NCBI GenBank assembly: GCA_040882645.1
Contig: JBBEAX010000038.1
Location: 44,164 to 108,163 of the forward strand
Direction of reading: 5' to 3'
Length of the DNA stretch: 64,000 bases
Source: Acidimicrobiia bacterium
GTDB lineage: Bacteria; Actinomycetota; Acidimicrobiia; Spongiisociales; UBA11373
Shown here: piece by piece, positions 1-9,151 of the stretch
Layout: each line of letters starts with the position of its first letter
Position numbering within the stretch: position 1 is the stretch's first letter
Position numbers and translations under genes: made by a program
Notes under the pieces: model-generated
Database searches by the model: none
What the model saw: the letters and a program-made list of their open reading frames with translations, nothing else
Told to the model about the DNA's origin: nothing

Positions 1-1043
1 ATCTCGACGAGTTCGCTCTGTCGCTCGACGCCGCCGTCGAGTCGGCTCTCGCCGCTAAAGCCGAACGGCGGGCTTTGTCGATCGGGGTGGTCGGCAACGC
101 CGCCGAGGTGTTCCCCGAGTTGCTGGGTCGCGGGATCGAGATCGACATCGTCACCGATCAGACCTCGGCGCACGATCCCCTGGCCGGGTACGTCCCGATC
201 GGGGTCGAGGTGCACGAGGCGCCGAAGCTGCGCGACAAGGACCCCGGCTGGTATGTCGAGCAGGCGCGTGACTCCATGGCCCAGCACTGCGAGGCGATGG
301 TGGGCTTCATGAAGGCCGGCGCCGAAGTCTTCGACTACGGCAACAACCTGCGCGGAGAAGCCCGCCTCGGCGGGTTCCAGGATGCCTTCGCCTACCCCGG
401 GTTCGTCCCTGCCTATGTCCGGCCACTATTCGCCGAGGGCAAGGGTCCCTTCCGCTGGGTTGCGTTGAGCGGCGATCCCGCCGACATCGCTGCCACCGAT
501 CGGGCGGTCCGCGACCTGTTCCCCGAGGATCGGGCACTCCACCGCTGGCTCGACATGGCGGAGGAACGGGTGCAGTTTCAAGGCCTCCCCGCTCGGATCT
601 GCTGGCTCGGATACGGCGAACGAGACAAGGCCGGGCTGGCGTTCAACGAGCTGGTGCGGTCCGGCGCGGTTTCGGCCCCGATCGTGATCGGGAGGGACCA
701 CCTCGACTCCGGATCGGTCGCCTCTCCCTACCGGGAGACCGAGGCGATGCTCGACGGGTCGGATGCCATCGCCGACTGGCCGATTCTCAACGCTCTCCTC
801 AACACTGCTTCGGGCGCCGCCTGGGTGGCGGTCCACCACGGCGGGGGAGTGGGCATCGGCAAGTCGATCCACGCCGGCGCCCAGGTGGTCGCCGACGGCA
901 CCGACGACGGCGCATTCCGGCTCGAGCGGGTGCTTACCAACGACCCCGGGACGGGCGTGATGCGCCACGCGGACGCCGGTTACGAGCGCGCCATCGAGGT
1001 GGCTCACGAGCGCGGCGTGAGGATTCCGATGGAGGAGAATTGA
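1..1043 (+). CDS. hutU: urocanate hydratase, C-terminal ~347 aa (5' end outside window)
   Basis: The frame of ORF 75..1043 stays open back to nt 3. The translation has urocanase-typical blocks ([40 protein letters not shown]). The next gene is hutI. Confidence 0.9.
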   Translation, partial: LDEFALSLDAAVESALAAKAERRALSIGVVGNAAEVFPELLGRGIEIDIVTDQTSAHDPLAGYVPIGVEVHEAPKLRDKDPGWYVEQARDSMAQHCEAMVGFMKAGAEVFDYGNNLRGEARLGGFQDAFAYPGFVPAYVRPLFAEGKGPFRWVALSGDPADIAATDRAVRDLFPEDRALHRWLDMAEERVQFQGLPARICWLGYGERDKAGLAFNELVRSGAVSAPIVIGRDHLDSGSVASPYRETEAMLDGSDAIADWPILNALLNTASGAAWVAVHHGGGVGIGKSIHAGAQVVADGTDDGAFRLERVLTNDPGTGVMRHADAGYERAIEVAHERGVRIPMEEN

Positions 1044-1067
1044 GGAGGGTGGCCGCGCGCGCCCACC

Positions 1068-1146
1068 GCGATACGCGATACGCGATACGCGATACGACCG
1101 ATCGCGCTGTTGCCTTCGTTCCTTCGTATCGCATATCGCGTATCGC
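1068..1146. repeat. heptad inverted array: (GCGATAC)x4 - 30 nt - (GTATCGC-like)x3
   Basis: Direct units lie at 1068-1095 and reverse-complement units at 1126-1146. The array sits in the hutU-hutI spacer and ends 4-16 nt before the hutI start. Confidence 0.9.
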
Positions 1147-1149
1147 GAA

Positions 1150-2364
1150 TTGCCGTCCTCGATGACCTCCCTCACCCTCACCAACATCGGCCAACTCGTC
1201 ACCAACGCTTCGGGAGTACCCGGTGACCTGGGGGTGATCCGCGACGCCGCGGTAGTGATCGACGATGGGCTGATTGCCTGGGTGGGGTCGGAGGCGGATC
1301 TCCCGGCCGAGCACGGTGATGCGGAGGCCCTCTCTTGTGAGGGCCGTGCGGTGCTGCCCGGCTTCGTCGATTCCCACACCCACCTCGTGTTTGCCGGTGA
1401 TCGATCGGACGAGTTTGCCCGGCGCCTGCGCGGCGAGTCCTACGAGGAGATCCTCGCCGCCGGTGGCGGGATCCACTCGACGGTGGCGGCCACCCGGGCG
1501 ACGCCAACCGATCGTCTCGCCGACGAGGCAGTGGCCCGCCTCGGAAGGATGCTCGCGATGGGCACCACCACCGTCGAGGTGAAGTCCGGGTACGGCCTGA
1601 CCACGGAGCACGAGATCCGCATCCTCGAGGCAGCCACCGAGGCGGGGCGCCGCTCGCCGGTGGATGTGGTCGCCACCTTTCTCGGTGCCCATGTGCCGGA
1701 TCGGGGGATGGACCGATCGGACTATGTCGACCTGGTCGCCGACGAGATGTTGCCCGCCTGCGCGCCGCTCGCCGAGTGGTGTGACGTCTTCTGCGACCGG
1801 GGCGCCTTCACGGTCGACGATGCCAGGCGCATCCTCGGCGTCGCCGCCGGGCACGGCCTGGGGGCCAGGTTGCACGCCGAGCAACTTGGCCACACCGGCG
1901 CGGCCGCCCTCGCCGCCGAGATCGGCGCGGCATCGGCCGATCATCTCGATCACGCCACCGCCGAGGATGCCGCCCTTCTCCGGGAGGCCGGCGTGGTGGC
2001 CGTGTTGTTGCCCGCCGCCTCGTTCTCGATGCGCGCCCCGCAGGCGCCCGGCCGCATGCTGTGGGACGCCGGGGTCACCGTTGCCCTCGCCACCGATTGC
2101 AACCCCGGCACCTCCAACGTCGAGAGCATGCCCTTCGTCATCGCCCTCGCCTGCCTCGAAGTCGGCCTCACCCCCGAAGAAGCAGTGTGGGCCGCCACCC
2201 GGGGAGGCGCCCAAGCCCTCCGCCTCGAAGACCGCGGCAAAGTCACCCCCGGCACCCTGGCCGACCTGACCATCCTCGACGCCCCCTCCTACACCCACCT
2301 CCCGTATCGACCGGGCTCCAACCCGATATGGAAGGTGGTCAAGCGAGGGCAGGTGGTGGCATGA
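1150..2364 (+). CDS. hutI: imidazolonepropionase
   Basis: 404-aa ORF with amidohydrolase/HutI blocks (PGFVDSHTHLVF, GGGIHSTV, SADHLDH, LATDCNPGTS). The start is ambiguous between TTG 1150 and ATG 1162. Confidence 0.9.
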   Translation: MPSSMTSLTLTNIGQLVTNASGVPGDLGVIRDAAVVIDDGLIAWVGSEADLPAEHGDAEALSCEGRAVLPGFVDSHTHLVFAGDRSDEFARRLRGESYEEILAAGGGIHSTVAATRATPTDRLADEAVARLGRMLAMGTTTVEVKSGYGLTTEHEIRILEAATEAGRRSPVDVVATFLGAHVPDRGMDRSDYVDLVADEMLPACAPLAEWCDVFCDRGAFTVDDARRILGVAAGHGLGARLHAEQLGHTGAAALAAEIGAASADHLDHATAEDAALLREAGVVAVLLPAASFSMRAPQAPGRMLWDAGVTVALATDCNPGTSNVESMPFVIALACLEVGLTPEEAVWAATRGGAQALRLEDRGKVTPGTLADLTILDAPSYTHLPYRPGSNPIWKVVKRGQVVA

Positions 2365-2368
2365 AGGC

Positions 2369-2576
2369 GCGATACGCGATACGCGATACGCGATACGACC
2401 GAATCGCGGTCGGACACGTCGACGCGTCTGACGGATGCGCGATACCTCGGACGTGTCGACATGCTCGAAAGCGGGATTGTCGAATCGCGAATCGCGAATC
2501 GCGAATCGCGAGCCGAGCGCAGCGAGGCCTCTTGCGAATTGCGAATTGCGAATTGCGGGCGGAGCGGAGCGAGGCC
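2369..2576. repeat. composite heptad region: (GCGATAC)x4, (GCGAATC)x4-5, then (GCGAATT)x3 bracketed by two 17-nt boxes
   Basis: The heptad arrays lie at 2369-2396, 2480-2514 and 2534-2554. The boxes are CCGAGCGCAGCGAGGCC (2513-2529) and CGGAGCGGAGCGAGGCC (2560-2576). Confidence 0.9.
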
Positions 2577-2578
2577 CC

Positions 2579-3352
2579 ATGAAGGCCTACTTCTCACACG
2601 AGCACCCCATCCGCTTGGCCCACCGGGGCTCCCGGGTCCTTTGGCCGGAGAACACGATGACGGCATTCCAGGGGGCGGTCGATCTGGGGTATCGCTACCT
2701 GGAGATCGACGTGCATGTCTCCAGCGACGGGCGGGTGGTGGTGTTCCACGACGACAAACTCGAGCGGCTCACCGAGGGGGTGGGGAAGGTGTGGGAGCAC
2801 ACCTGGGATGAGCTGCGCGAACTGGACGCCGCGTACAACTTCAGGCTCGACGAGGGTTTCCCTCTGCGAGGCACCGGATTGAAGATTCCCTTGTTGGAGG
2901 ACCTACTCGCGACCCTCCCCGAGGCATTGCTCAACATCGACTTGAAGCAGGCAGGCATCGAAGAAGTGGTGGCCTCCGAGATCGAGCGGCTCCACGCTCA
3001 GGACCGGGTACTCATCGGGTCGTTCCGGGATTGGAGGATCCGGAAGTTTCGCCGACTCACTCAGGGCCGGGTGGCGGTGTCGGCGGGACCCCGCGAACTC
3101 GCCCAGGCGGTGGCGTCATGCCGGATCGGCCTGCCGGTCCGTGGCATCGCCGACGCGTTGCAGATCCCGCGCCGGATCGCCTCGGCCCGTCTGGTCGACT
3201 CGGCCCACAAGGCCGGCAAGCAGGTTCACGCGTGGACCGTGAACGACCCGGATCAAATGAGGGCGCTCCTGGCGATGGGCGTCGACGGAATCATCACCGA
3301 CAGGCCAGATGTATTGAATGATGTGGTGTTTGAGAAGGGCGATGGGCGATAG
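2579..3352 (+). CDS. glycerophosphodiester phosphodiesterase family protein
   Basis: The GDPD-like N-terminus is IRLAHRGS...ENT..AF..A...G..YLEIDVHVSSDGRVVVFHD. ATG 2579 is preceded by GGAGCGAGG. The longer ORF start at 2435 runs through repeat DNA. Confidence 0.8.
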   Translation: MKAYFSHEHPIRLAHRGSRVLWPENTMTAFQGAVDLGYRYLEIDVHVSSDGRVVVFHDDKLERLTEGVGKVWEHTWDELRELDAAYNFRLDEGFPLRGTGLKIPLLEDLLATLPEALLNIDLKQAGIEEVVASEIERLHAQDRVLIGSFRDWRIRKFRRLTQGRVAVSAGPRELAQAVASCRIGLPVRGIADALQIPRRIASARLVDSAHKAGKQVHAWTVNDPDQMRALLAMGVDGIITDRPDVLNDVVFEKGDGR

Positions 3353-3535
3353 GCGAAAGGCGAAACCCGGCCTTCCGCCCTCCGCCTTCCGCCCCCCGCC
3401 TCCGGCAAGAGGAAGTCGGCGGCCGCCCCTCGCGAGAGCCGGGAATCAAGAGCCAAGATTCAAAAGTCACTGATCTCGAATCTTGATTCTTGTTTCTTGA
3501 CCCTCTTGGTGGCGGAGGCCGGAAGGCGGAGGGCC
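3337..3535. repeat. nested heptad structure: GGCGAxx x4, YYCCGCC x4, CAAGAxx hairpin, complementary GGCGGAG arm
   Basis: The elements lie at 3337-3364, 3373-3400, 3447-3508 and 3511-3535. CTCCGCCTTCCG at 3380-3391 has an exact complement inside 3511-3535. The first units overlap the last 5 codons of the glpQ-like gene. Confidence 0.85.
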
Positions 3536-3578
3536 TTCTGGAGACCGGTGACTGGAGACTTTCCCTACTCTCCGGTGG

Positions 3579-4154
3579 ATGTCCGACCATCTTCTCGGCC
3601 CCATTGTTCGTATTCAAGTTCAGCGTGATCCGGTCAAGTCGAAGGGGGCCGGGTACGACCCTGGTCCAATCCTGGCGGTGGAGGAGGCGGTGATCGGGCC
3701 GCCCGGGGTCATCGGACGGCACGATGCGTCTTGGGTGATGGACGCCCACCACGCGATGCATCCCCACACCCGCGCCGGCGGCCGCCGCGCCCTGTCGATC
3801 GGGTTCACCGGCCACTACGAGCTGATGGCCGACCGCTTCGGGCAGGCACTGCTCGGATGCGCCGGCGAGAACCTGATCGTGGCCACCGCGGGCAGGGTCG
3901 AACTCGAGGATCTCGTCGGGACCCTCGTAGTCAGGACCGCGGAGGGCGAGGTGGCGCTCGGCGCCGCCCGCGTGGCGGCTCCCTGTCGCGAGTTCACCTC
4001 GTTCATATTGGGCCGGGCGGATGTCGCCCCCCGCGAGGAGATCGCCGACGACCTGTCTTTCCTCGATGACGGAATGCGCGGTTACATCCTCGACCTCAAA
4101 CCCCTGGAGGGAGCCCACCGGGTGAGGATTGGCGACGAGGTATTCGTCAGGTAA
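3579..4154 (+). CDS. MOSC-domain-like protein
   Basis: 191-aa ORF with strong GC3 bias. The layout is MOSC-like (beta-barrel N-terminus, LGCAGENLIV motif). Assigned by eye only. Confidence 0.5.
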   Translation: MSDHLLGPIVRIQVQRDPVKSKGAGYDPGPILAVEEAVIGPPGVIGRHDASWVMDAHHAMHPHTRAGGRRALSIGFTGHYELMADRFGQALLGCAGENLIVATAGRVELEDLVGTLVVRTAEGEVALGAARVAAPCREFTSFILGRADVAPREEIADDLSFLDDGMRGYILDLKPLEGAHRVRIGDEVFVR

Positions 4155-4231
4155 GAGCCAAGAATCAAGAGCCAAGAGCCAAGAGCCAAGACTGCCTGTC
4201 TTGATTCTTGACTCTCGATTCTTGACTCCCC
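4152..4231. repeat. CAAGARY heptad hairpin (6 direct + 4-5 inverted units)
   Basis: Sequence is TAAGAGC CAAGAAT CAAGAGC x3 CAAGACT, then TGTCTTG ATTCTTG ACTCTCG ATTCTTG. It lies between convergent genes. Confidence 0.9.
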
Positions 4232-4259
4232 AGGCAACGGGTAACCGGTAACGGGCTCG

Positions 4260-5207
4260 CTATTCCCTCTCGAACACTCTCCCTATCCCCGCCGGGGGAT
4301 CCGACGCGAACAGACGTCGCCATCGAGGATGGCGTTCGCCGAATCTCCGGAACGAGTCGAGGTACACGATCACCAGGGTGAAGATCATCAGCACGAAGGG
4401 GAGGATGGGCAGGATCTGCGAGAAGCTCTGGAATGCCGGCACCGGTTGCAGTTTGAGGGCAACCACCTGGAGGGCTCCGAACAGGTAGCACCCGAACGCC
4501 GCTCGAACCGGGTGCCAGCCGCCGAAGATGACGATCGCCAGCGCGATCCACCCAAAGTTGAGAGTCAGGTTCTCCCGCCAACCGAACTTCACGTCGAGTG
4601 AGAAGGCGGCTCCGGCGAGGCCGACGAGGGCGCCGCCGACGATGGTGTATACGTAGCGGAGTTTGTTGACGGGGATGCCCCGGGCGAAGGCCGCCTCGGG
4701 CCGCTCGCCGATTCCCTGGAGTTCCAGGCCGCGCTTGGTTCGGAAGATGAACAGGTAGGCGAGGATCAGCGCCACGAACGAGCCGTATACCGACAGGTTG
4801 TGGTCGAAGAGCACCTTGCCGAAGAAGGGGATGTCGGAAAGCCAGGGGATCTCCAGATGGGGGACGTGGGTGCCACGGACTCCGACGTACGACTTCCCGA
4901 GGAACGAGCTGAGTTCGGCGGCGAAGAGGGTGAGCACGAACCCGACCGCGATCTGGTTGAGCTTCAACTCGATGCTGGCAAAGGCGATGAGGGCGGCGAT
5001 CACCATCGACACGACCATCGCGGCGACGAATCCGAGCATCACGCTTTCGGTGACGTAGGTGGTGGCGAACCCCGTCATCGCCGAAAGCAGGATGCTGCCG
5101 TCGAGCGAGAGGTTGATGACTCCCGCCTTCTCGGTGATCGTCTCACCCATCGTGGCGTAGATCAGCGGGGCTGCTGCGGCGACGATGGTGGCGAAGGTGG
5201 CCTCCAC
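4260..5207 (-). CDS. ABC transporter permease (BMP/nucleoside-type, second permease)
   Basis: Multi-TM translation typical of YufQ/NupQ-like permeases. GTG 5207 lies 2 nt after the stop of the upstream permease. The upstream part of the 624-aa ORF is Arg/Pro-rich shadow sequence. Confidence 0.85.
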   Translation of the reverse strand: MEATFATIVAAAAPLIYATMGETITEKAGVINLSLDGSILLSAMTGFATTYVTESVMLGFVAAMVVSMVIAALIAFASIELKLNQIAVGFVLTLFAAELSSFLGKSYVGVRGTHVPHLEIPWLSDIPFFGKVLFDHNLSVYGSFVALILAYLFIFRTKRGLELQGIGERPEAAFARGIPVNKLRYVYTIVGGALVGLAGAAFSLDVKFGWRENLTLNFGWIALAIVIFGGWHPVRAAFGCYLFGALQVVALKLQPVPAFQSFSQILPILPFVLMIFTLVIVYLDSFRRFGERHPRWRRLFASDPPAGIGRVFERE

Positions 5208-5209
5208 GA

Positions 5210-6259
5210 TCAGACCTCCTCCGCGGCTACCGCGCGACGCCGGGCACGCTGTACCTGCCAACCGCCGACCAGGATCGCGATCAAAACCAGGCTGCCCTGG
5301 ATGACGCCTCCGATCGAAGAGTCGAGGCCGAGGCGTAGGGAGAGTTGGCTGCTGCCGACCGAGATCATCACGAAGAAGAAGGCGATCGGGGCAATCAGCG
5401 CGGCGCGGTAGGACGCCAGCAGCACTACGAGGATCGCGAGGAACCCGTAACCCCCTGAGATCGACGGTACCAACTTGTGCTGGAAACCAATCGCCTGGAC
5501 GGTTCCGGCGACGCCGGCGAGGGCGCCCCCGATCGCCATTGCTGCGAGCAGATAACGGTGGGTCTTGATACCGATGATGAATGCGCTCGCCGGGTTGGCT
5601 CCGACCGCCTTGAGGCGGAGCCCGAAATACGTGCCGCGCATCAGATAAAAGACCCCGATCACCCCGGCGACGGCAAGGAGCAGGGCAATCGGCGCCAGTT
5701 TGTCCCCGATCGTCGGCAGCCAGGCGTCCCGGGGGAACGGGTCGGTGCCGCTGGTCGAGGCGATGCCCGCCCGCTTCCACGGCCCGATGACGAGGTAGAC
5801 AACGAACCCGGTGGCGACGAAGTCGAGGCCGAGGCCGCCGAAGATCTCGTTGACCCGTCCGTAGACCCGCAATGCCCCGGCAAGAAGGCCCCACAACAGG
5901 CCCGCGATCATGCCGGCGATGAGGGCCAGGGTGATGATCCCCGGGGTGCCGATGCTCACCTCGCGTGCCACCCATGAGGCGGCGACCGCCCCCATCACGA
6001 TCTGACCCTCCACCCCGATGTTCCACAATCCGGCCGAAAAAGTGACGACGAGTCCGGCCGACGCCAGTACCAGTGGAACCCAGGTCATGAGGGTGTTGGC
6101 GAGTTTGTCGTTGGTGCCCACCGAGCCCTCCCACAGCAGCTTGAAGGCCTCTAGGGGCGATGCACCGGCGATGATGATCAGCAGCGACGTGAACCCGACG
6201 GCGAGGACGACCGCGACGAGTCGCGAACCCACTCCGAACCTCAGGCGCCGGAGATTCAC
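5210..6259 (-). CDS. ABC transporter permease (BMP/nucleoside-type, first permease)
   Basis: Hydrophobic multi-TM protein starting VNLRRLRFGVGSRLVAVV. GTG 6259 overlaps the ATPase stop (GTGA). Confidence 0.85.
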   Translation of the reverse strand: MNLRRLRFGVGSRLVAVVLAVGFTSLLIIIAGASPLEAFKLLWEGSVGTNDKLANTLMTWVPLVLASAGLVVTFSAGLWNIGVEGQIVMGAVAASWVAREVSIGTPGIITLALIAGMIAGLLWGLLAGALRVYGRVNEIFGGLGLDFVATGFVVYLVIGPWKRAGIASTSGTDPFPRDAWLPTIGDKLAPIALLLAVAGVIGVFYLMRGTYFGLRLKAVGANPASAFIIGIKTHRYLLAAMAIGGALAGVAGTVQAIGFQHKLVPSISGGYGFLAILVVLLASYRAALIAPIAFFFVMISVGSSQLSLRLGLDSSIGGVIQGSLVLIAILVGGWQVQRARRRAVAAEEV

Positions 6260-7716
6260 GGGAGGTCCTTCCCGCCGATCAGGTGCGCCAGCCGCGTGCC
6301 ATCCGTCTCCCGGGCGTCGAGCACCTTGAACACCCGTCCGGCGAAGAACACGACGATGCGATCGCTGTAGCGGAGCAGCTCGTCGAGGTCGGCCGAAGAG
6401 AAGACGATGGCGGTCCCCTTGGCGACCCGCTCGAGCAGTTTCGTCCAAACCCAATCGGCGGAAGAGATGTCGAGGCCGCGGGTGGGGTGTTCCATGAGCA
6501 GGACCCTCACCTCGTCGGGCATCATCGCGAGCAGAAGGCGTTGCTGGTTCCCGCCCGACAATGACTCGGCGCTGGACTCGGCGGTGCCGACGATGGCGTG
6601 TTCTTCGATCTTCGCCCTGGCGGCGCGGCGAGCCGCCGACCAGTCGATGACTGGCGCCGTCTTGGGCGCGCACAGCAGGAAGTGCTCGGTGATCGTCACC
6701 CCCTGTATCAAGCCCTCCTCGAGTCGCCCCGCCGGGACGTAATGGATACCGGCCGCGAGTCGCTCGTGATAGCCGCGGGGTGTCAGGTCAGCGTCACCGC
6801 AGTGGACGGTTCCCGAGGTGGGTGCGATAAGGCCCGCACAGGTGCGGAGGAGGGTTCGCTGCCCGCTGCCTTCTAGGCCTGCGAGGCCGATCACCTCCCC
6901 CTGGCGGATCTCGAGCGACAGTCCCTCGAGTGCGGTGAGGCGGTCAGTGGCGGCTACCCCGTCGAGAGCGAGCGCCGCCATACCGGGGCTGCCGGGCGAC
7001 CGCTCGGCCACTTCGACCGCATGGCCGAACATCATCTCGACCAGCCGCTCCACCGGGGCGGGGAGGGGCAGTTCGCCCACGGCCCGGCCGCGTCGCATCA
7101 CGGTGACTCGATCGCAGAGGGCTTCGACCTCTTCGAGTTTGTGGGACACGAAGATCACGATCATTCCCTCTGCGGCCAGGGTGCGGAGGGTGTCGAACAG
7201 CAGCGCCTGCTGCGAGGCGGAGATTCCGGTGGTGGGCTCGTCGAGGATGAGCACTTTGGCGCCCAGTGACAGAAGCCGGACGATCTCGAGTTGTTGCCTC
7301 TCGCCGACCGTGAGGCTCCGCGCTGGAGCGTCGGGATCGAAGGCGAAACCAAAGGTGCGGCTGAGTCGTTCCAGTTCGGCCATTGCTGCCGACCCGTCGC
7401 TCGTATCGCGGCTCCCGAGGAGGAAGTTGTCGAGAACGGAGAACGGCAGGAAGACGAGAGGGTCCTGGTGGAGCATGCCGATGCCGGCCGCGATGGCGTC
7501 ACGCGGCGAAGTGAGGGCGACGCTCTCGCCGTCGAGCAGCACCTGGCCCGAGTCGGCCTCGATGAAGCCCGACAGCACCTTCATCAGGGTGGACTTGCCG
7601 GCGCCGTTCTCACCGAGAAGGCCGTGGAGGGAGCCGCGTTCCACGGTCAGCGAGACACCGTCGTTGGCGCGCACTGTCCCGAAGTGCTTGTGGATGGCGC
7701 GCAGCTCGAGGCTCAT
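6256..7716 (-). CDS. ABC transporter ATP-binding protein (duplicated ATPase, sugar/nucleoside type)
   Basis: There are two ABC cassettes. The first has Walker A GENGAGKST, LSVGERQQLEI and ILDEPT. The second has LSGGNQQR and a Walker B LLMEHPTRGLD. Confidence 0.9.
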   Translation of the reverse strand: MSLELRAIHKHFGTVRANDGVSLTVERGSLHGLLGENGAGKSTLMKVLSGFIEADSGQVLLDGESVALTSPRDAIAAGIGMLHQDPLVFLPFSVLDNFLLGSRDTSDGSAAMAELERLSRTFGFAFDPDAPARSLTVGERQQLEIVRLLSLGAKVLILDEPTTGISASQQALLFDTLRTLAAEGMIVIFVSHKLEEVEALCDRVTVMRRGRAVGELPLPAPVERLVEMMFGHAVEVAERSPGSPGMAALALDGVAATDRLTALEGLSLEIRQGEVIGLAGLEGSGQRTLLRTCAGLIAPTSGTVHCGDADLTPRGYHERLAAGIHYVPAGRLEEGLIQGVTITEHFLLCAPKTAPVIDWSAARRAARAKIEEHAIVGTAESSAESLSGGNQQRLLLAMMPDEVRVLLMEHPTRGLDISSADWVWTKLLERVAKGTAIVFSSADLDELLRYSDRIVVFFAGRVFKVLDARETDGTRLAHLIGGKDLP

Positions 7717-7807
7717 CGCGGGGGGGAGAGTAGGGGAAGAGGTCCCGGCGCCGCGGCGGGGGAAAAGGCACCAGCGCCCTCTCCCCGCGCCGCGGGCAGG
7801 GTGTCGT

Positions 7808-9031
7808 TCACTCGGCGGAGCTAGCTCCGACCATTCCTTCGAGAAGCTGCTCGGCGTACCAGATCTGGAAGTCGGTGGCCTCTTCGCCATCGGCGAGGAA
7901 CTCCGATCCGTCCTGATAGTTGAGCGGCCCCACGTACAGATTGATCGATCCGTCGGCGAGACCTTCGATGAAGGTCGCCAGATCGGCGGCTGCCTCGTCG
8001 GAGAGGCCGTCACCTTCGAACCAGCCGATCGCCGTGGTGTCCGGGTTGTTGATGTCGTCCCAGTCGGGGCCGTTCCACACCCAGGTCGACTCGAACGTGC
8101 CGTCGATCACCGACTGCGCTACTTCGAGATACGCCGGGCCCCAATGGAAGTAGGGAACGCCGAGGCAGATCTCCTCTGCCTCTTGGCAAGCCCCTTCGTA
8201 GTCATAAGGCACCGCCCACACATTCGCGCCGCCCGCGGCCCGCTGGCCGGCGACGACGAGGGCTTCAGTGGTGTCGATGCCGGAGATCACAACGTCCGCG
8301 CCCGAGTCGAAGAAGTCGTTGGCTACCAGCGTCGGGTCGAGGGTGAATCCCGGGATGTTGAACCAGAACCCGATCCAGTTGACACTGAATCCAAGGGTTG
8401 CCGGATCGTTGCCCCGGAAGTTCTCCCAGCAGTATTGGGCGCCGAGATAGGCCGAGTTTGTCAGCCGTCTCGTCTCATCGTTGATGAGCGGACCGAGATA
8501 CCCGATCTCTCCCGTCTCGCTGGTGAGTGCGGCAGCGCAGCCGGCAATCATCTTGCCGTACTCCATCCGCCCCATCACGTTGCCCAGGTTGTCGAGGTCG
8601 GGGCGATAGTCCTTCCCGTCCGCCCAGGCGTTGTCACCGGATGTCCAGATCATCGGGACATCGGGGTTGCGCTCCGCTCCGAGGAGTACCCCGTCCTTCA
8701 TATCGTCTGAGGTGGCGAAGATGAGCTGCGCTCCCTGCGCCACCATGTCGTCGATCACCTGATCGACTGTCGTCTCGGGCCGGTCGGCAGTGTTCACCCG
8801 GTCGAGGACGATCATCCTTGCCCCGAGTTTCTCCTCGAGGTATTGCCCTCCCTCGAAGTTTGCCTGGCTCCAGCCTCGGTCGTTTTGCGGGCCGACGAGG
8901 ATCATCCCAAAGACGAACTCCTCGCCTGCCCCTCCAGTTGTTGTCGTGGCATCGTCGTCCCCGCACGCCGCCGCCACGATGGCGAAGACAGCGAGGATGA
9001 CGAGCAATCGGCGGAATGAGTTCCCGCGCAT
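7808..9031 (-). CDS. BMP-family (PnrA/Med-like) ABC substrate-binding lipoprotein
   Basis: A lipoprotein signal (LAVFAIVAAAC-GDD) precedes a BMP-like body. It is the first gene of the 4-gene importer operon. Confidence 0.85.
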   Translation of the reverse strand: MRGNSFRRLLVILAVFAIVAAACGDDDATTTTGGAGEEFVFGMILVGPQNDRGWSQANFEGGQYLEEKLGARMIVLDRVNTADRPETTVDQVIDDMVAQGAQLIFATSDDMKDGVLLGAERNPDVPMIWTSGDNAWADGKDYRPDLDNLGNVMGRMEYGKMIAGCAAALTSETGEIGYLGPLINDETRRLTNSAYLGAQYCWENFRGNDPATLGFSVNWIGFWFNIPGFTLDPTLVANDFFDSGADVVISGIDTTEALVVAGQRAAGGANVWAVPYDYEGACQEAEEICLGVPYFHWGPAYLEVAQSVIDGTFESTWVWNGPDWDDINNPDTTAIGWFEGDGLSDEAAADLATFIEGLADGSINLYVGPLNYQDGSEFLADGEEATDFQIWYAEQLLEGMVGASSAE

Positions 9032-9151
9032 CGGTCACCCTTCAGTTGGCTCGATTCGATCGTACGGTGGTGGGCACAGCTAGGACATGGGCCACTCGGC
9101 CCTTGCTGATGGGTGCTTTTGCTGGGAGGTTCAGCCTCAGAAGGAGGCGCG

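Noticed and set aside
934-2580. Very long ORFs antisense to or overlapping well-supported genes. Examples: 934..2580(-), 6818..8710(+), 9137..10684(-), 10762..12249(-), 16069..17421(-), 31973..34009(-), 40419..41876(-), 49976..52189(-), 57167..58951(-) and 59485..60870(-). The N-terminal 350 codons of 25347..29006 belong to the same class.
   Set aside because: Their translations are Arg/Pro/Gly/His-rich low-complexity sequence without recognisable motifs. They lie opposite genes with clear family signatures. Long stop-free shadow frames are expected at this GC content.
2289-2666. ORFs that translate the heptad arrays into peptide repeats. Examples: AIRDTRY, ESRIANR and CELRIAN at 2061..2811, QQPTANS and LLAVGCW at 45768..46166, and 15187..15417.
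   Set aside because: A 7-nt DNA period gives a 7-residue peptide period in all three frames at once. There are no start or RBS signals, and the same DNA units occur in both orientations. These are repeats, not genes.
9032-9151. Purine riboswitch or PurR-type element between the divergent nucleoside ABC operon and the adenosine deaminase gene.
   Set aside because: I could not find the conserved purine-riboswitch core or a PurR-box-like palindrome. The spacer has no heptads and only weak hexamer matches.
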